From positions 9,053-73,052 of the IMG/VR virus record IMGVR_UViG_2908446538_000001: a stretch of 64,000 bases of DNA. One strand, written 5' to 3'. Positions 37,107 to 46,594 of the stretch are shown here, piece by piece (the stretch's first letter is position 1; every line of letters begins with the position of its first letter). Origin of the DNA: a virus. Taxonomy: Duplodnaviria; Caudoviricetes. The notes below the pieces were generated by a model. The model was given only the letters and a program-made list of their open reading frames with translations, did not search any database and was not told the DNA's origin. The position numbers and the translations under genes are program-made.

Positions 37107-37862
37107 ATGCGCAAACACATCATTGCGGCCATTCAGGCGCATGCGGCGGCCGAGTACCCGAAGGAGTGCTGTGGGTTGGTGCTGGCCGTGGGCCGGGCGC
37201 AGAAGTACTTCCCGTGCCGTAACATCGCAACCGAGCCCAACGAAGAGTTCCGGCTTGAGCCAGAGGATTACGCCGCGGCGGAAGACCAGGGCCAGGTGAT
37301 CGGTATCGTGCATTCGCATCCGGACGCCACCAGCAGGCCGTCATCGCGCGACCTGGCGATGTGCGAGGCTACGGCCTTGCCCTGGCACATTCTGTCATGG
37401 CCTGAAGGGGATTTAAGGACGATCACGCCGACGGGCAGCACGCCGCTGCTCAAGCGCCCGTTCGTACACGGCGCCTGGGACTGCTGGCAGGTCTGCGCGG
37501 ATTGGTATCAGCGTGAATGGGGGCTCCAGTTTGAAGCTTTCCAGCGCGCCGATGGCTGGTGGGAGAGTGCAGACAGCACAAGCCTTTATGAATCGAACTA
37601 CGCCGCCGCCGGATTCGAGCAGGTCGACAGCCCGCGGCGAGGCGACATGATCGTAATGGAGGTAGGCCGCACGGCTCACCCGAACCACGCAGGGATCTAT
37701 CTGGGAACTGACCCGTTGCTTCCCGGTGAAGATTCCGGAGTGTTCGGGCCTGGTCCGTTCGTACTGCACCACCTGTATGGCCGTCCGTCCGAGGTGTTCG
37801 TCTACGGCGGTCCGTGGCTCCAGCGCACCCGCTTAATTCTTCGACACAAGGAGGCCCGATGA
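37107..37862 (+). CDS. Tail assembly protein K (JAB + NlpC/P60)
   Basis: IVHSHPD JAB motif; DCWQVCADWY and NHAGIY. Confidence 0.95.
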   Translation: MRKHIIAAIQAHAAAEYPKECCGLVLAVGRAQKYFPCRNIATEPNEEFRLEPEDYAAAEDQGQVIGIVHSHPDATSRPSSRDLAMCEATALPWHILSWPEGDLRTITPTGSTPLLKRPFVHGAWDCWQVCADWYQREWGLQFEAFQRADGWWESADSTSLYESNYAAAGFEQVDSPRRGDMIVMEVGRTAHPNHAGIYLGTDPLLPGEDSGVFGPGPFVLHHLYGRPSEVFVYGGPWLQRTRLILRHKEAR

Positions 37863-38440
37863 GCGCCATCGTTTATTCGCCGATGACCACAATCAAACTG
37901 TCCTGCTCACTGGCTCAGAAGTTCGGCCGGCTGCACCGCCGCCAAGTTTCATCTGGCGACACATGGGAGGTTTTCCGGGCTCTGAAGGCGACTATCCAAG
38001 GTTTCGACGAAGAAATTCGGCGCCTTGACCGACTCGGCATGCGATTTGCCATCTTTCGCAACCGAAAAAATGTCGGTGTCGATGAGTTCGGCATGGGCGG
38101 TGCCAGGGAGATACGCATCGTTCCGGTGGTTGAGGGGTCTAAGCGTGCTGGGCTGCTCCAGACAATCATAGGTGTGGTGCTGATCGCGGCGTCATATTTT
38201 ACCGGGGGTTCTACTCTGGCTTCTGGCATCGCGCTGACTGCGGGAGGCGTTATCCAGATGCTCAGCCCTCAAGCCGCAGGCCTCAAGCAAAGCGCCTCTC
38301 CGGAAAACATGCCCAGCTATGCATTTGGCTCGGCAAAGAACACCACGGCGAGCGGCAACCCCGTCCCCATCTGCATCGGTGATCGCCGGTGGGGCGGGGC
38401 AATCATCTCGGCATCGATCTATGCCGAGGACAAGACATAA
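37859..38440 (+). CDS. Tail assembly protein I
   Basis: IRIVPVVEGSK...SYAFGSAKNTTASGNPVPICIG. Confidence 0.92.
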   Translation: MSAIVYSPMTTIKLSCSLAQKFGRLHRRQVSSGDTWEVFRALKATIQGFDEEIRRLDRLGMRFAIFRNRKNVGVDEFGMGGAREIRIVPVVEGSKRAGLLQTIIGVVLIAASYFTGGSTLASGIALTAGGVIQMLSPQAAGLKQSASPENMPSYAFGSAKNTTASGNPVPICIGDRRWGGAIISASIYAEDKT

Positions 38441-38497
38441 ACGCAACGCAGCGAACAGGCCGCCCAAGAGGCGGTTTTTTATTGCCTGGAGGAAAGC

Positions 38498-41400
38498 ATG
38501 GGCGCAGCACAGAAGCTGGATATACACGGCGCCAAAGGTGGCGAGAGCAAGCCGAAGTCTCCGGTAGAGTCACCCGACAGCCTGCGCTCGACCAACGTGG
38601 CCAAAATCCTGATCGCCGTGGGCGAGGGTGAATTCGACGGAACACCCACTGCGCGCGATATCTTCCTCGACAACACCCCAATCCAGGATGCCAGCGGCAA
38701 CTACAACTTCACCAACGTGAAGTGGGACTGGCGTCCGGGTTCTGTCGAGCAGACCTACATCCCGGGTATACCATCGGTCGACAACGAGACCTCGCTGAAT
38801 ATAGAGCTGCGTAGCGGAACGCCGTGGGTTCAGTCGCTGACCAACCTGCAGCTGTCGGCGGCACGTATTCGCCTGGCTACGCCGCGGCTTGCGAGCCAGG
38901 ACAACGAAGGCAATATTGGTGGTTACAGCATCCAGTACGCGGTCGACGTGGCCACCGATGGTGGGGCCTATCAGGAGGTATTGGTTGGCGCTATTACAGG
39001 CAAAGCCACCACTCGCTACGAAAAGTCCATGCGTATCGATTTGCCGCCGGCCACCAGTGGATGGCTGATTCGCGTTCGCCGCATTACCCCAAACCAGAAC
39101 ACCGACAAGATTGCAGATAGCCTGTTCATCGCCGGCTACACCCAGGTGATCGATGCAAAGCTGCGCTACCCGAACACCGCGCTACTTTTTGTGCAATTCG
39201 ACGCCGAGCAGTTCACCAAAATCCCGGCGGTCACCGTGAAGTGCAAGGCCCGCCGCTGGCAGGTGCCGAGCAACTACGACCCGGTGGCCCGCACGTACTC
39301 TGGCGCCTGGGATGGCACCATGAAGGAGGCGTGGACGAATAACCCCGCCTGGGTCACTTACGGTATCTGCACTCAGGACCGCTTCGGCCTTGGTAAGCGC
39401 ATAAAACCGTGGATGGTCGACAAGTGGGAGCTGTACCGCATCGCGCAGTACTGCGACCAGTTGGTGTCGAACGGTGCCGACGGCGTTGAGCCGCGTTTCC
39501 TGTGCGACATGAACCTGCAGGGCAAAGCCGATGCATGGTCTCTGCTGCGTGATATCGCCGGCATTTATCGCGGCATGACGTACTGGGCTCAAGGTCAACT
39601 GGTCATGCAGGCAGATATGCCGCGCTCGCAAGATATCGACTACGTCTTTACCCGCTCCAATGTGATCGACGGGAAGATCTCGTACGGCAGCGCCTCGGCG
39701 AAAACGCGTTTCACTCGGTGCCTGGTCAGCTATGACAATCCGCTGAACAACTACGACACCGACGTCACCGTCTATTCCGACCTGCCGCTGCAGCGCCGTT
39801 TGGGCGACAAGCCAACTGAAATCAGTGCCATCGGCTGCACTCGGGCATCTGAGGCCCAGCGCCGCGCTAAATGGCTGGTGCTGAGCAACAACCAGGACCG
39901 CACCATCAGCTTCAGGACCGGTATGGAAGGCCGTATCCCGCTGCCAGGGTTCATCATCCCCGTTGCCGACTCGTTGCTGGCTGGTCGGGAGATCGGCGGG
40001 CGCATTGCGGCGGCGTCAGGGAAGGTCATTACCCTGGACCGTGACACCCTGGCCAAGGCGGGTGACCGGTTGGTGGTCAACCTTCCCGGCGGGCGGGCAG
40101 AAGGCCGCACCGTGGAAAGCGTGAGCGATCGCAACGTAACCGTGACCATTGCTTACAGCGAGGCACCAGCTGCACAGCTTCAGTGGGCAATCGACGCTGA
40201 CGACCTGGCAATCCCTCTATATAGAGTGATGAGGACTGCACGGACGCCAGGGGGCGATTACGAAATCAGCGCCTTGCAGTACGAGCCAAGCAAGTTCGCC
40301 AGCATCGACACTGGCGCACGCCTCGAAGACCGCCCGATCAGCGTCATACCAATCACGGTGGTGCCGCCGCCGGAAAGCGTAACCGTCACGTCGAACGTGT
40401 CGATCGACCAGGGCCTGGCCATCAGCACCATGAACATCTCGTGGCCAGCCGTCACCGGCGCGGTCGCCTACGACGTGGAGTGGCGCAAGGACAGCGGCAA
40501 CTGGATCAAGGTGCAACGCACCGGCTCCACCAGCCTTGATGTCACCGGGATTTACGCGGGCGCCTATCTGGCCCGCGTGCGCTCGGTGAGCGCCTTCGAA
40601 ATCTCGTCGATCTGGAAGAGCTCAAACCTGACCAACTTGGAAGGCAAGGTTGGCCTGCCGCCGGCGGTGTCTTCCCTGACCACAACCAGCGAATTGTTTG
40701 GGGTCGGCATCAAGTGGGGCTTCCCACCTGGTGCAGAGGACACCCAGCGAACCGAGGTGTGGTATGGGCCTGCAAACGATCTGGGAGCCGCTACCAAGCT
40801 GGCCGACCTGGCTTACCCGCAGGCTGAATACCGCATGCAGCAGCTGCAGGCGGGCGCAACCCTGTTCTTCTGGGCGCGCTTGGTGGACCGTACCGGCAAC
40901 GTCGGGCCGTTCTATCCGGTTGTCGACGGGGTTATGGGGCAGGCCAGCTCTGAGGCTGGGCCAATCCTCGATCTGCTCGCCGGCAAGGTCACGAAAACTG
41001 AGCTGGGCAAGGATCTTCTGGATGAGCTTGAAGGCCTGCAGGACCAGATCGACTCGCTTGATGGTTTGAAGGGCTACGATCCAGAAGCCACCTACCTGAA
41101 AGGCCAGATGGTGGTGGAGGGTGGGCGAATCTATCAGGCCTTCGTAGATGTTCCGGTAGGCACACCACCGCCGAACGGCGCTTTCTGGCTGGATGTTGGC
41201 CAGTCTGTCGAGACTGCGAACGGCCTGGCCCAGCAAGTGGCAACCAACAAAGCGGACATCACGGAGCTCGACGGCGTCGTCACGGCCCAGGCCAGCATGA
41301 CCAACGCATTGCGCGCCTCGGCGCGCGATGACAGTGGCAGCGGTGCGAAGGCTGATGCACTGAGAGGATACGCCAGCACTGTCGCTATCGTCGAAGAGAG

Positions 41401-41956
41401 CAAGGTCAGGGCTACCGCCATCGAGGCCGAAGCGACCAAGACAACGAAGCTTGAAGCGACTGTTGGACAGAACACTTCTGCCATTCAGCAAACGTCCTCA
41501 GCGTTGGCCAACACCAATGGCCGGCTGCAGACATTGTGGTCAGTGAAGATGGAGACCACCGCCGGTGGACAGAGGTACGCGGCCTCGTTCGGTCTCGGTC
41601 TTCAGGTCGATCCATCTGGTGTGTCGTCACAGTTCGTGGTCAGGGCTGACACGTTCATGCTGTTGAACTTGAATAACGGCACGCCGGTGTCACCGTTCTC
41701 TGTGTCTGGCGGGCAAACCTTTGTCAGTTCGGCGTTTATTCAGGATGGCACCATCACCAACGCTAAGATCGGCGAATACATCAGCTCGACCAACTACATC
41801 GCTGGCCAGCAGGGCTGGATTCTCCGGAAGGATGGATCGTTCGAAATCAACGGGATTGTTCCTGGTCAAGGGCGCTCCATGATGACGAATCGCTCTATGC
41901 GGTTTTGGGATAACAATAACATGAAGAGAGTGCAGCTAGGAGATCAAACCGAATGA
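38498..41956 (+). CDS. Tail tip / central fibre protein J
   Basis: GEGEF start, WTNNPAW, FN3-like repeats, C-terminal DUF1983 region. Confidence 0.95.
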   Translation: MGAAQKLDIHGAKGGESKPKSPVESPDSLRSTNVAKILIAVGEGEFDGTPTARDIFLDNTPIQDASGNYNFTNVKWDWRPGSVEQTYIPGIPSVDNETSLNIELRSGTPWVQSLTNLQLSAARIRLATPRLASQDNEGNIGGYSIQYAVDVATDGGAYQEVLVGAITGKATTRYEKSMRIDLPPATSGWLIRVRRITPNQNTDKIADSLFIAGYTQVIDAKLRYPNTALLFVQFDAEQFTKIPAVTVKCKARRWQVPSNYDPVARTYSGAWDGTMKEAWTNNPAWVTYGICTQDRFGLGKRIKPWMVDKWELYRIAQYCDQLVSNGADGVEPRFLCDMNLQGKADAWSLLRDIAGIYRGMTYWAQGQLVMQADMPRSQDIDYVFTRSNVIDGKISYGSASAKTRFTRCLVSYDNPLNNYDTDVTVYSDLPLQRRLGDKPTEISAIGCTRASEAQRRAKWLVLSNNQDRTISFRTGMEGRIPLPGFIIPVADSLLAGREIGGRIAAASGKVITLDRDTLAKAGDRLVVNLPGGRAEGRTVESVSDRNVTVTIAYSEAPAAQLQWAIDADDLAIPLYRVMRTARTPGGDYEISALQYEPSKFASIDTGARLEDRPISVIPITVVPPPESVTVTSNVSIDQGLAISTMNISWPAVTGAVAYDVEWRKDSGNWIKVQRTGSTSLDVTGIYAGAYLARVRSVSAFEISSIWKSSNLTNLEGKVGLPPAVSSLTTTSELFGVGIKWGFPPGAEDTQRTEVWYGPANDLGAATKLADLAYPQAEYRMQQLQAGATLFFWARLVDRTGNVGPFYPVVDGVMGQASSEAGPILDLLAGKVTKTELGKDLLDELEGLQDQIDSLDGLKGYDPEATYLKGQMVVEGGRIYQAFVDVPVGTPPPNGAFWLDVGQSVETANGLAQQVATNKADITELDGVVTAQASMTNALRASARDDSGSGAKADALRGYASTVAIVEESKVRATAIEAEATKTTKLEATVGQNTSAIQQTSSALANTNGRLQTLWSVKMETTAGGQRYAASFGLGLQVDPSGVSSQFVVRADTFMLLNLNNGTPVSPFSVSGGQTFVSSAFIQDGTITNAKIGEYISSTNYIAGQQGWILRKDGSFEINGIVPGQGRSMMTNRSMRFWDNNNMKRVQLGDQTE

Positions 41957-42282
41957 GTTCTGGATTGCGATTGTGGTCATCAACTGGGGCTCTTGAGTTT
42001 GATACCAGCACATCTACTTACAGAATCGTTCTTTCTGTGCTGGTTTCTTATGCGGGCGAACCAAGGAGTCAAAAAACTTTTTCCGTTCCTGGGTGTAATC
42101 CAAGTAATTCGATCTGCTTTCTTTTGCCGGTTAATAATGATGCGTCGCAAACCGCTACCAATAGGCAACTTGAGTGCCAAATTGGTGAGGGTATTGCCTA
42201 CGTGAGGAACTATCTTGCGTCTAACCCTAATGACTCTATCTCCCAGGCAACAATGCGATTAATGGTTGCGAGGTGGGCTTGA
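41953..42282 (+). CDS. Tail-tip associated protein
   Basis: MSSGLRLWSSTGALEFD start typical of genes after J; low GC. Confidence 0.7.
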   Translation: MSSGLRLWSSTGALEFDTSTSTYRIVLSVLVSYAGEPRSQKTFSVPGCNPSNSICFLLPVNNDASQTATNRQLECQIGEGIAYVRNYLASNPNDSISQATMRLMVARWA

Positions 42283-42929
42283 TGAGCTATGGGCTAACAG
42301 TTATCAATGACTCAAGTGTAGTGTCTATTGATTCGGAATACGCACGGCTTTGCGTATTCCATAAGGGGACTTACACCGCGAACGTAGGCATAACGTTTCA
42401 GAACGTTGTAACTACCCAGGAACCTCCGCTTGTTTTTATAAGGCCCCAGAATAACGGTGCATTCATACAGCTGGGCTTGACTCTAGGCGGTTCCGCCGGT
42501 GCTTGGGCCGGAGCCACTGTTGTTTCGGGGCAGGCTCACTCTGGGGAAATATTTGTAGCGGCATTTTCATCAAAACCCATAACTTCATATGGATTGCGGA
42601 TGTGGGATGCTGACTCAAAGCAGATATTTGACTCTGGAACTCAAGCTGTAATTTTTACTCGCGCGGTTCAAAACTGGAGTTATACACATACTACCTATAG
42701 CTCTCAGGGGTTGCCGACAAATTGGTACGCTATTACTTTGAACTACGCGCTTGGTGATTACCTAATGATAAATAACGCGAGAATGCCCATGATGGGGGCA
42801 AATAACGAGACCCGCTCCGGGGGACTTAGGTATGATTTTGCATCTTCCGTTTTGAGATTTAGTGTTACAACGGTTTCAAATCCATTTTACTTCTCGCTCC
42901 AGGCTATTTTCGGAAAGATTGCAGTCTGA
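42282..42929 (+). CDS. Tail-tip associated protein
   Basis: Two YGL-(T/R)...D repeats; low GC. Confidence 0.7.
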   Translation: MSYGLTVINDSSVVSIDSEYARLCVFHKGTYTANVGITFQNVVTTQEPPLVFIRPQNNGAFIQLGLTLGGSAGAWAGATVVSGQAHSGEIFVAAFSSKPITSYGLRMWDADSKQIFDSGTQAVIFTRAVQNWSYTHTTYSSQGLPTNWYAITLNYALGDYLMINNARMPMMGANNETRSGGLRYDFASSVLRFSVTTVSNPFYFSLQAIFGKIAV

Positions 42930-42999
42930 CATATGACTCTGTAATAAATTGAAGTTTTATACGCCGCCTTGATCGGTTTTTTATTGCTTGGAGAAAGTT

Positions 43000-43728
43000 A
43001 TGGTTTGGCAACGAGCAGGAACTGTTTCTGTGCAAAATGGCAGCACTACAGTCATCGGCACGAACGTAGATTTCGCCGCAAGTAGCAGGAACGGCGACTC
43101 ATTCGTTGGCCCAGACGGGGCGACTTATGAGTTGGCGAACGTCGCAAGCTCCACCGTTATCTCGATCCTGCCAGAGTACAAAGGGCCAACTGTAGCCGGC
43201 GCTGCCTACGCCATCATGCCGGTGCAGGGCTACGACAAAATGCTGTCGGATGCCTTCAATAACTTGAATAACCAGTTCGGTTCGAAGCTGGCGGCGCTGG
43301 GCACCACGGGCAACTACGACATTCTGCCTGTCAGCAAAGGCGGTACGGGTCGCGCATCGGTCGGCACGGCAATTGACTCGGATGTTACGACCGGGGCCAT
43401 ATCCGGTACTGCGGGGCAACTTCTTAAAGTCGGTGACTTCGGTATCGGTTCTACCTCGGTTCCTTATATAGCAAACGTGAACGAGATCTCAAAGGCAGGG
43501 ATTTATAAGTTCGACTCTAATACCCTGGCTCTTCCGTCGGGATTCGGCACCGTCACTCATTGCGCTTATGACGCATCCAGCAGCAACTGGACGCAGCAGG
43601 CCTTCTATATGAACTCTTCTGTGTCCTATTTCAGGCAGTCAATCAACGGATCAATAAGCGATTGGGCGAAGGTTTACACCACCGCCAATACCACCCGAAT
43701 GGCCGACGGTACACTCAAGGCGATCTGA
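43000..43728 (+). CDS. Tail fibre protein
   Basis: W.RAGTVSV.NGS.TV.G N-terminus, LPVSKGGTG repeat, VYTTANTT.MADGTLKAI end. Confidence 0.85.
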   Translation: MVWQRAGTVSVQNGSTTVIGTNVDFAASSRNGDSFVGPDGATYELANVASSTVISILPEYKGPTVAGAAYAIMPVQGYDKMLSDAFNNLNNQFGSKLAALGTTGNYDILPVSKGGTGRASVGTAIDSDVTTGAISGTAGQLLKVGDFGIGSTSVPYIANVNEISKAGIYKFDSNTLALPSGFGTVTHCAYDASSSNWTQQAFYMNSSVSYFRQSINGSISDWAKVYTTANTTRMADGTLKAI

Positions 43729-43730
43729 TC

Positions 43731-44117
43731 ATGGCAAGAGCAGCTTTAAATATCGTCGGCAAGACCGGCGAGAAGTATTTCATGGACTCAATGGGCGGCA
43801 CCGACGTTGGTTGCTACCGCAAAGACGTAGGCGTGTATTGCGTCACCGGCAGCCAAGGCATGGTGCCTTATCCCCCTGAGGATGTGGGCTGGGGCTACAC
43901 ACTTCACCCATCCGAGAGCCGGGCAGAGGTGGAAACGGATTTTCAAGATGGCCTGCTCACCATTTATGTGACCATGCGCGGCGCGCCATACGACCTCAAG
44001 ACCATAATCACTTTGCACATTTTGGTGCCAGACTTGCCTGCGTCGCAGAATCCGCCAATCGTCAGCACCGCGTCAGCGGGAGATCCTCAGCCACTTGGCG
44101 ATACCGCTGAATCCTGA
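43731..44117 (+). CDS. Tail fibre-associated protein
   Basis: Directly follows fibre gene; GVYCVTG motif. Confidence 0.65.
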   Translation: MARAALNIVGKTGEKYFMDSMGGTDVGCYRKDVGVYCVTGSQGMVPYPPEDVGWGYTLHPSESRAEVETDFQDGLLTIYVTMRGAPYDLKTIITLHILVPDLPASQNPPIVSTASAGDPQPLGDTAES

Positions 44118-44173
44118 GAAACGCCAGAACACCACGGCCGCCTTGAGCGGTTTTTTTTCGCCTGGAGAAAAGC

Positions 44174-44599
44174 ATGCCTATCACCGAAACCCGTGGGGTG
44201 CGCAATAAGAACCCCGGCAACATCGACTACAGCCCGGCCAACCAGTGGCAAGGCCAGCTCAAGCCCGACCCGTCCATCGAGAAGCGCTTCGCCAGGTTTG
44301 ACACCGCCGAGAACGGTATCCGCGCCCTGGGCAAGGTGCTGCTGACGTACCAGCGCAAGCATGGCTTGAAGACCGTGGAGGCCATCATTGGCCGCTGGGC
44401 GCCGAGCGGGGAGAATGATACGGCCGCTTACGTCGGTGCCGTCGAAGCGAACACCGGTACCCGGCCAGGTGCCGAAGTCGACCTGACGCGGCCGGCGGTG
44501 ATGACCGGTTTCGTCAAGGCGATCATCCATCACGAAAACGCGGGGTATGCCTACCCTGATGCTGTGCTGGCTGAAGGCGTGCGGCGGGCGCTGGCATGA
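44174..44599 (+). CDS. Probable endolysin (RGVRNxNPGNI family)
   Basis: RNKNPGNI...F..AENGIRA...WAP..ENDT..Y...AII.HEN; coupled to Rz/Rz1. Confidence 0.65.
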   Translation: MPITETRGVRNKNPGNIDYSPANQWQGQLKPDPSIEKRFARFDTAENGIRALGKVLLTYQRKHGLKTVEAIIGRWAPSGENDTAAYVGAVEANTGTRPGAEVDLTRPAVMTGFVKAIIHHENAGYAYPDAVLAEGVRRALA

Positions 44600-45126
44600 T
44601 GCCTGCGCAGAAACTGGTCGGGCTGGCTGTGTTGGTTATGGTGCTGATGGCCGGTGCCTGCGGCGTGACCTGGCAGGTTCAGGACTGGCGCCTGGGGAAG
44701 AAGCTCGCCGAGCAGCTCACGGAGCAGGGCATTGCGCACCAGAAAGATCTGGACGCAATCACCGGCGAGGCCTGGCGTCAGCAGGCCGCCGAGCAAGACA
44801 AGCGGCTGGCCACTGAGCAGCAGCTCGCCACCGTGGACCAACAACACACCAAGGAATTATCCGATGCCCAGCGCAATCAGGCTCTGCTGCGTGATCACCT
44901 TGCTACTACTGAACTGCGGCTGTCAGTCCTTATCGACGCCACGGATTCAGCCAGTGGCTGCGACGTGCCTGCCGCCCCCGGCGCCGCAGGCGTGGTTCAT
45001 GCAGCCCGTCGAGCCCAACTTGACCCAGCGCATGCTCAAAGAATTATCGCCATCACCGACGATGGGGATAACGCCGTGATCGCGCTGCGTGCGTGCCAGG
45101 CGTACGTCAGGGCTGTGGCTCGGTGA
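44596..45126 (+). CDS. Rz / i-spanin
   Basis: N-terminal TM, coiled coil, RIIAITDDGDNAVIALRACQAYV end. Confidence 0.88.
   Translation: MMPAQKLVGLAVLVMVLMAGACGVTWQVQDWRLGKKLAEQLTEQGIAHQKDLDAITGEAWRQQAAEQDKRLATEQQLATVDQQHTKELSDAQRNQALLRDHLATTELRLSVLIDATDSASGCDVPAAPGAAGVVHAARRAQLDPAHAQRIIAITDDGDNAVIALRACQAYVRAVAR
44864..45079 (+). CDS. Rz1 / o-spanin lipoprotein embedded in Rz
   Basis: +1 frame inside Rz; lipobox-like LNCGC; Pro-rich CLPPPAPQAWFM. Confidence 0.8.
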   Translation: MPSAIRLCCVITLLLLNCGCQSLSTPRIQPVAATCLPPPAPQAWFMQPVEPNLTQRMLKELSPSPTMGITP

Positions 45127-45460
45127 CGTTCTTCAACTCCATTAGCAGCCGCTGATTCTCCCTGAGCAGATAGTCGCGCTGTTCGGCAACGAGTTTCATG
45201 CTGAGGATGGCGGGCTCGGAGCATTTCTCTTTGAGCGCGTCGATCTCGACCAGGGCAGCCGTCAGGGCTTCTTCCGCTTTGGCCTTGCCGGTGGCCAGCG
45301 CGTCATTCATCTGCACCAGCCCGGCGATATTCTTCCGCGCCTTGCTCAGCAGCGCCTGGGCTTGGGTCAGCTCGTCCTCCAACAGGGCGCACTGGTGTTT
45401 ATACATTTCCAGGGGCGTAGGGCAGCCGAGCCACGCGGAGGTGTCTTCGTCGATGTTCAT
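45107..45460 (-). CDS. Coiled-coil phage protein with upstream SOS box
   Basis: MNIDEDTSAWLGCPTPLEMY...; converges on Rz. Confidence 0.75.
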   Translation of the reverse strand: MNIDEDTSAWLGCPTPLEMYKHQCALLEDELTQAQALLSKARKNIAGLVQMNDALATGKAKAEEALTAALVEIDALKEKCSEPAILSMKLVAEQRDYLLRENQRLLMELKNVTEPQP

Positions 45461-45478
45461 GGTGAGGTAATCCGAATG

Positions 45479-45494
45479 CTGTATGCACATACAG
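45479..45494. promoter_or_regulatory. LexA (SOS) box
   Basis: CTGTATGCACATACAG is a perfect CTGT-N8-ACAG, 19 bp upstream of the 45460 start. Confidence 0.85.
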
Positions 45495-45625
45495 TAGTCG
45501 AGGCGTTACGGATTTGGGAGTGGTGTTCGTCGGCAGGACGCCGGGGATGGTGTATTTCTGTCTAATACTACCTGTAGCTAACTCGATTTCATTGGCCTTA
45601 AAGCCTCAAAAATCGCGGTATGGTT

Positions 45626-45736
45626 TTAGACATAGGAACCGCGAAAGCCACGCTCTACATGGCTTTCGCATCGATCAAGCCCATACTGCTGCATCATTGG
45701 CGTGTGGGAAGACAGATCGGACGTGTTTTTACTCAT
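45626..45736 (-). pseudogene. mutS: 5' fragment of mutS (18 native codons) fused to prophage sequence; right attachment junction near 45683
   Basis: MSKNTSDLSSHTPMMQQY is the Pseudomonas MutS N-terminus; it diverges (GLDRC...) and stops after 36 aa; orientation fits mutS divergent from the tailocin-cinA-recA side. Confidence 0.85.
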
Positions 45737-46111
45737 TGGATAGTAGGCAAATTCGTTGAAAGTGATGGGGCAAAGGGGGCGCTTGGTCCAGTGTCGATCA
45801 GTTGCGCAGCGCAGGTTTCCAAACGACGCAGGCCGATGTGGGAGCTGTCGAGCCCTAGCGAGGCTGCGAAGGGATCGCCGCGCTGTACCGGCAGGCCGCA
45901 GCCCCTGCATCGCTGAAGTTCGAAAGCTCAACATCGTGCCCAATCGTGGTCGCTTAACTGATCGGCATCGGGCGCTTGGCCCAGCATTTTTGCGATGGGC
46001 GCAAGGTTAACACGCGAAGTCGGGGCTTCGCAGGTCGCAAACGGTTAGGTAAAACACAAAAAAGGGCGGTGCATTTAACTAAATGCGCCGCCCCTTTCTT
46101 TCTTCCGGCTG

Positions 46112-46387
46112 TTACTGAAGGTTACCGGGCGAATCCAACACCTTCACCACATCATCCACCACCGCCTTCACCATCTCCTGCAAGTAATGCGACGCCCAGG
46201 CGTAACGGTCCGTCTCCTTGGTCATCGCCGCATCTTCTGCGAGCTGCTTGGCAACGTGGAGGAGGTCGGAGGCGTGGTGCAAGGCTTCGTGCAGGGAAAC
46301 ACCGCTGTTGACGCGGAATAGAGGTTGGTCGGAGTGGAAGGAGAAGGGGGTGACGCCGAGGGTGGTTAGATCTTGCGCAGCGTTCAT
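46112..46387 (-). CDS. DUF3077 family protein
   Basis: TLGVTPFSFH..QPLFRVNSGVSL.EAL.HASDLL...A.ASHYL.EM.KAV. Confidence 0.85.
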   Translation of the reverse strand: MNAAQDLTTLGVTPFSFHSDQPLFRVNSGVSLHEALHHASDLLHVAKQLAEDAAMTKETDRYAWASHYLQEMVKAVVDDVVKVLDSPGNLQ

Positions 46388-46461
46388 AAAACACCTCCGA
46401 GCGCGGAGGAAATGAACCGGGAAGGATGACGCCGTTTGGTGCGGTAACTGTAGAAGCACAT
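46384..46461 (-). CDS. 25 aa leader peptide (icd-like) coupled to DUF3077
   Basis: Its AAGGA SD lies in the C4 target b2; stop overlaps DUF3077 ATG. Confidence 0.6.
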   Translation of the reverse strand: MCFYSYRTKRRHPSRFISSALGGVL

Positions 46462-46513
46462 AAGTGAAAATTCCTTGATTTGAGGAACTGCCACGAACCT
46501 TCTCACAGGTTTG

Positions 46514-46594
46514 GGTGGCAGCTGTGCGCAGGGTGAGAAACCGGCAATCAAGGCAACCGGTAGACCCGAAGGTCTCCCACGCACAGCCGCCATA
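46514..46594 (-). ncRNA. c4: C4 antisense RNA
   Basis: Closing stem GGCGGCTGTGCG/CGCACAGCTGCC, AGACC-TTCG-GGTCT hairpin, ACCGG/CCGGT hairpin; a' TTCTCAC and b' CCTTGATT have complementary targets on both sides. Confidence 0.85.

Larger units (their letters stand above)
1..45683. mobile_element. Lambdoid temperate siphovirus prophage (left end and integrase outside window), right junction in the 5' end of mutS
   Basis: Complete lambda-like gene order cI-cro-replication-nin-Q-terminase-portal-capsid-tail (G/T,H,M,L,K,I,J)-lysis; ends where the MutS N-terminal sequence begins. Confidence 0.95.

Noticed and set aside
45737-45943. Upstream part of the 105 aa ORF containing the mutS fragment
   Set aside because: No MutS similarity; it is the mutS promoter region
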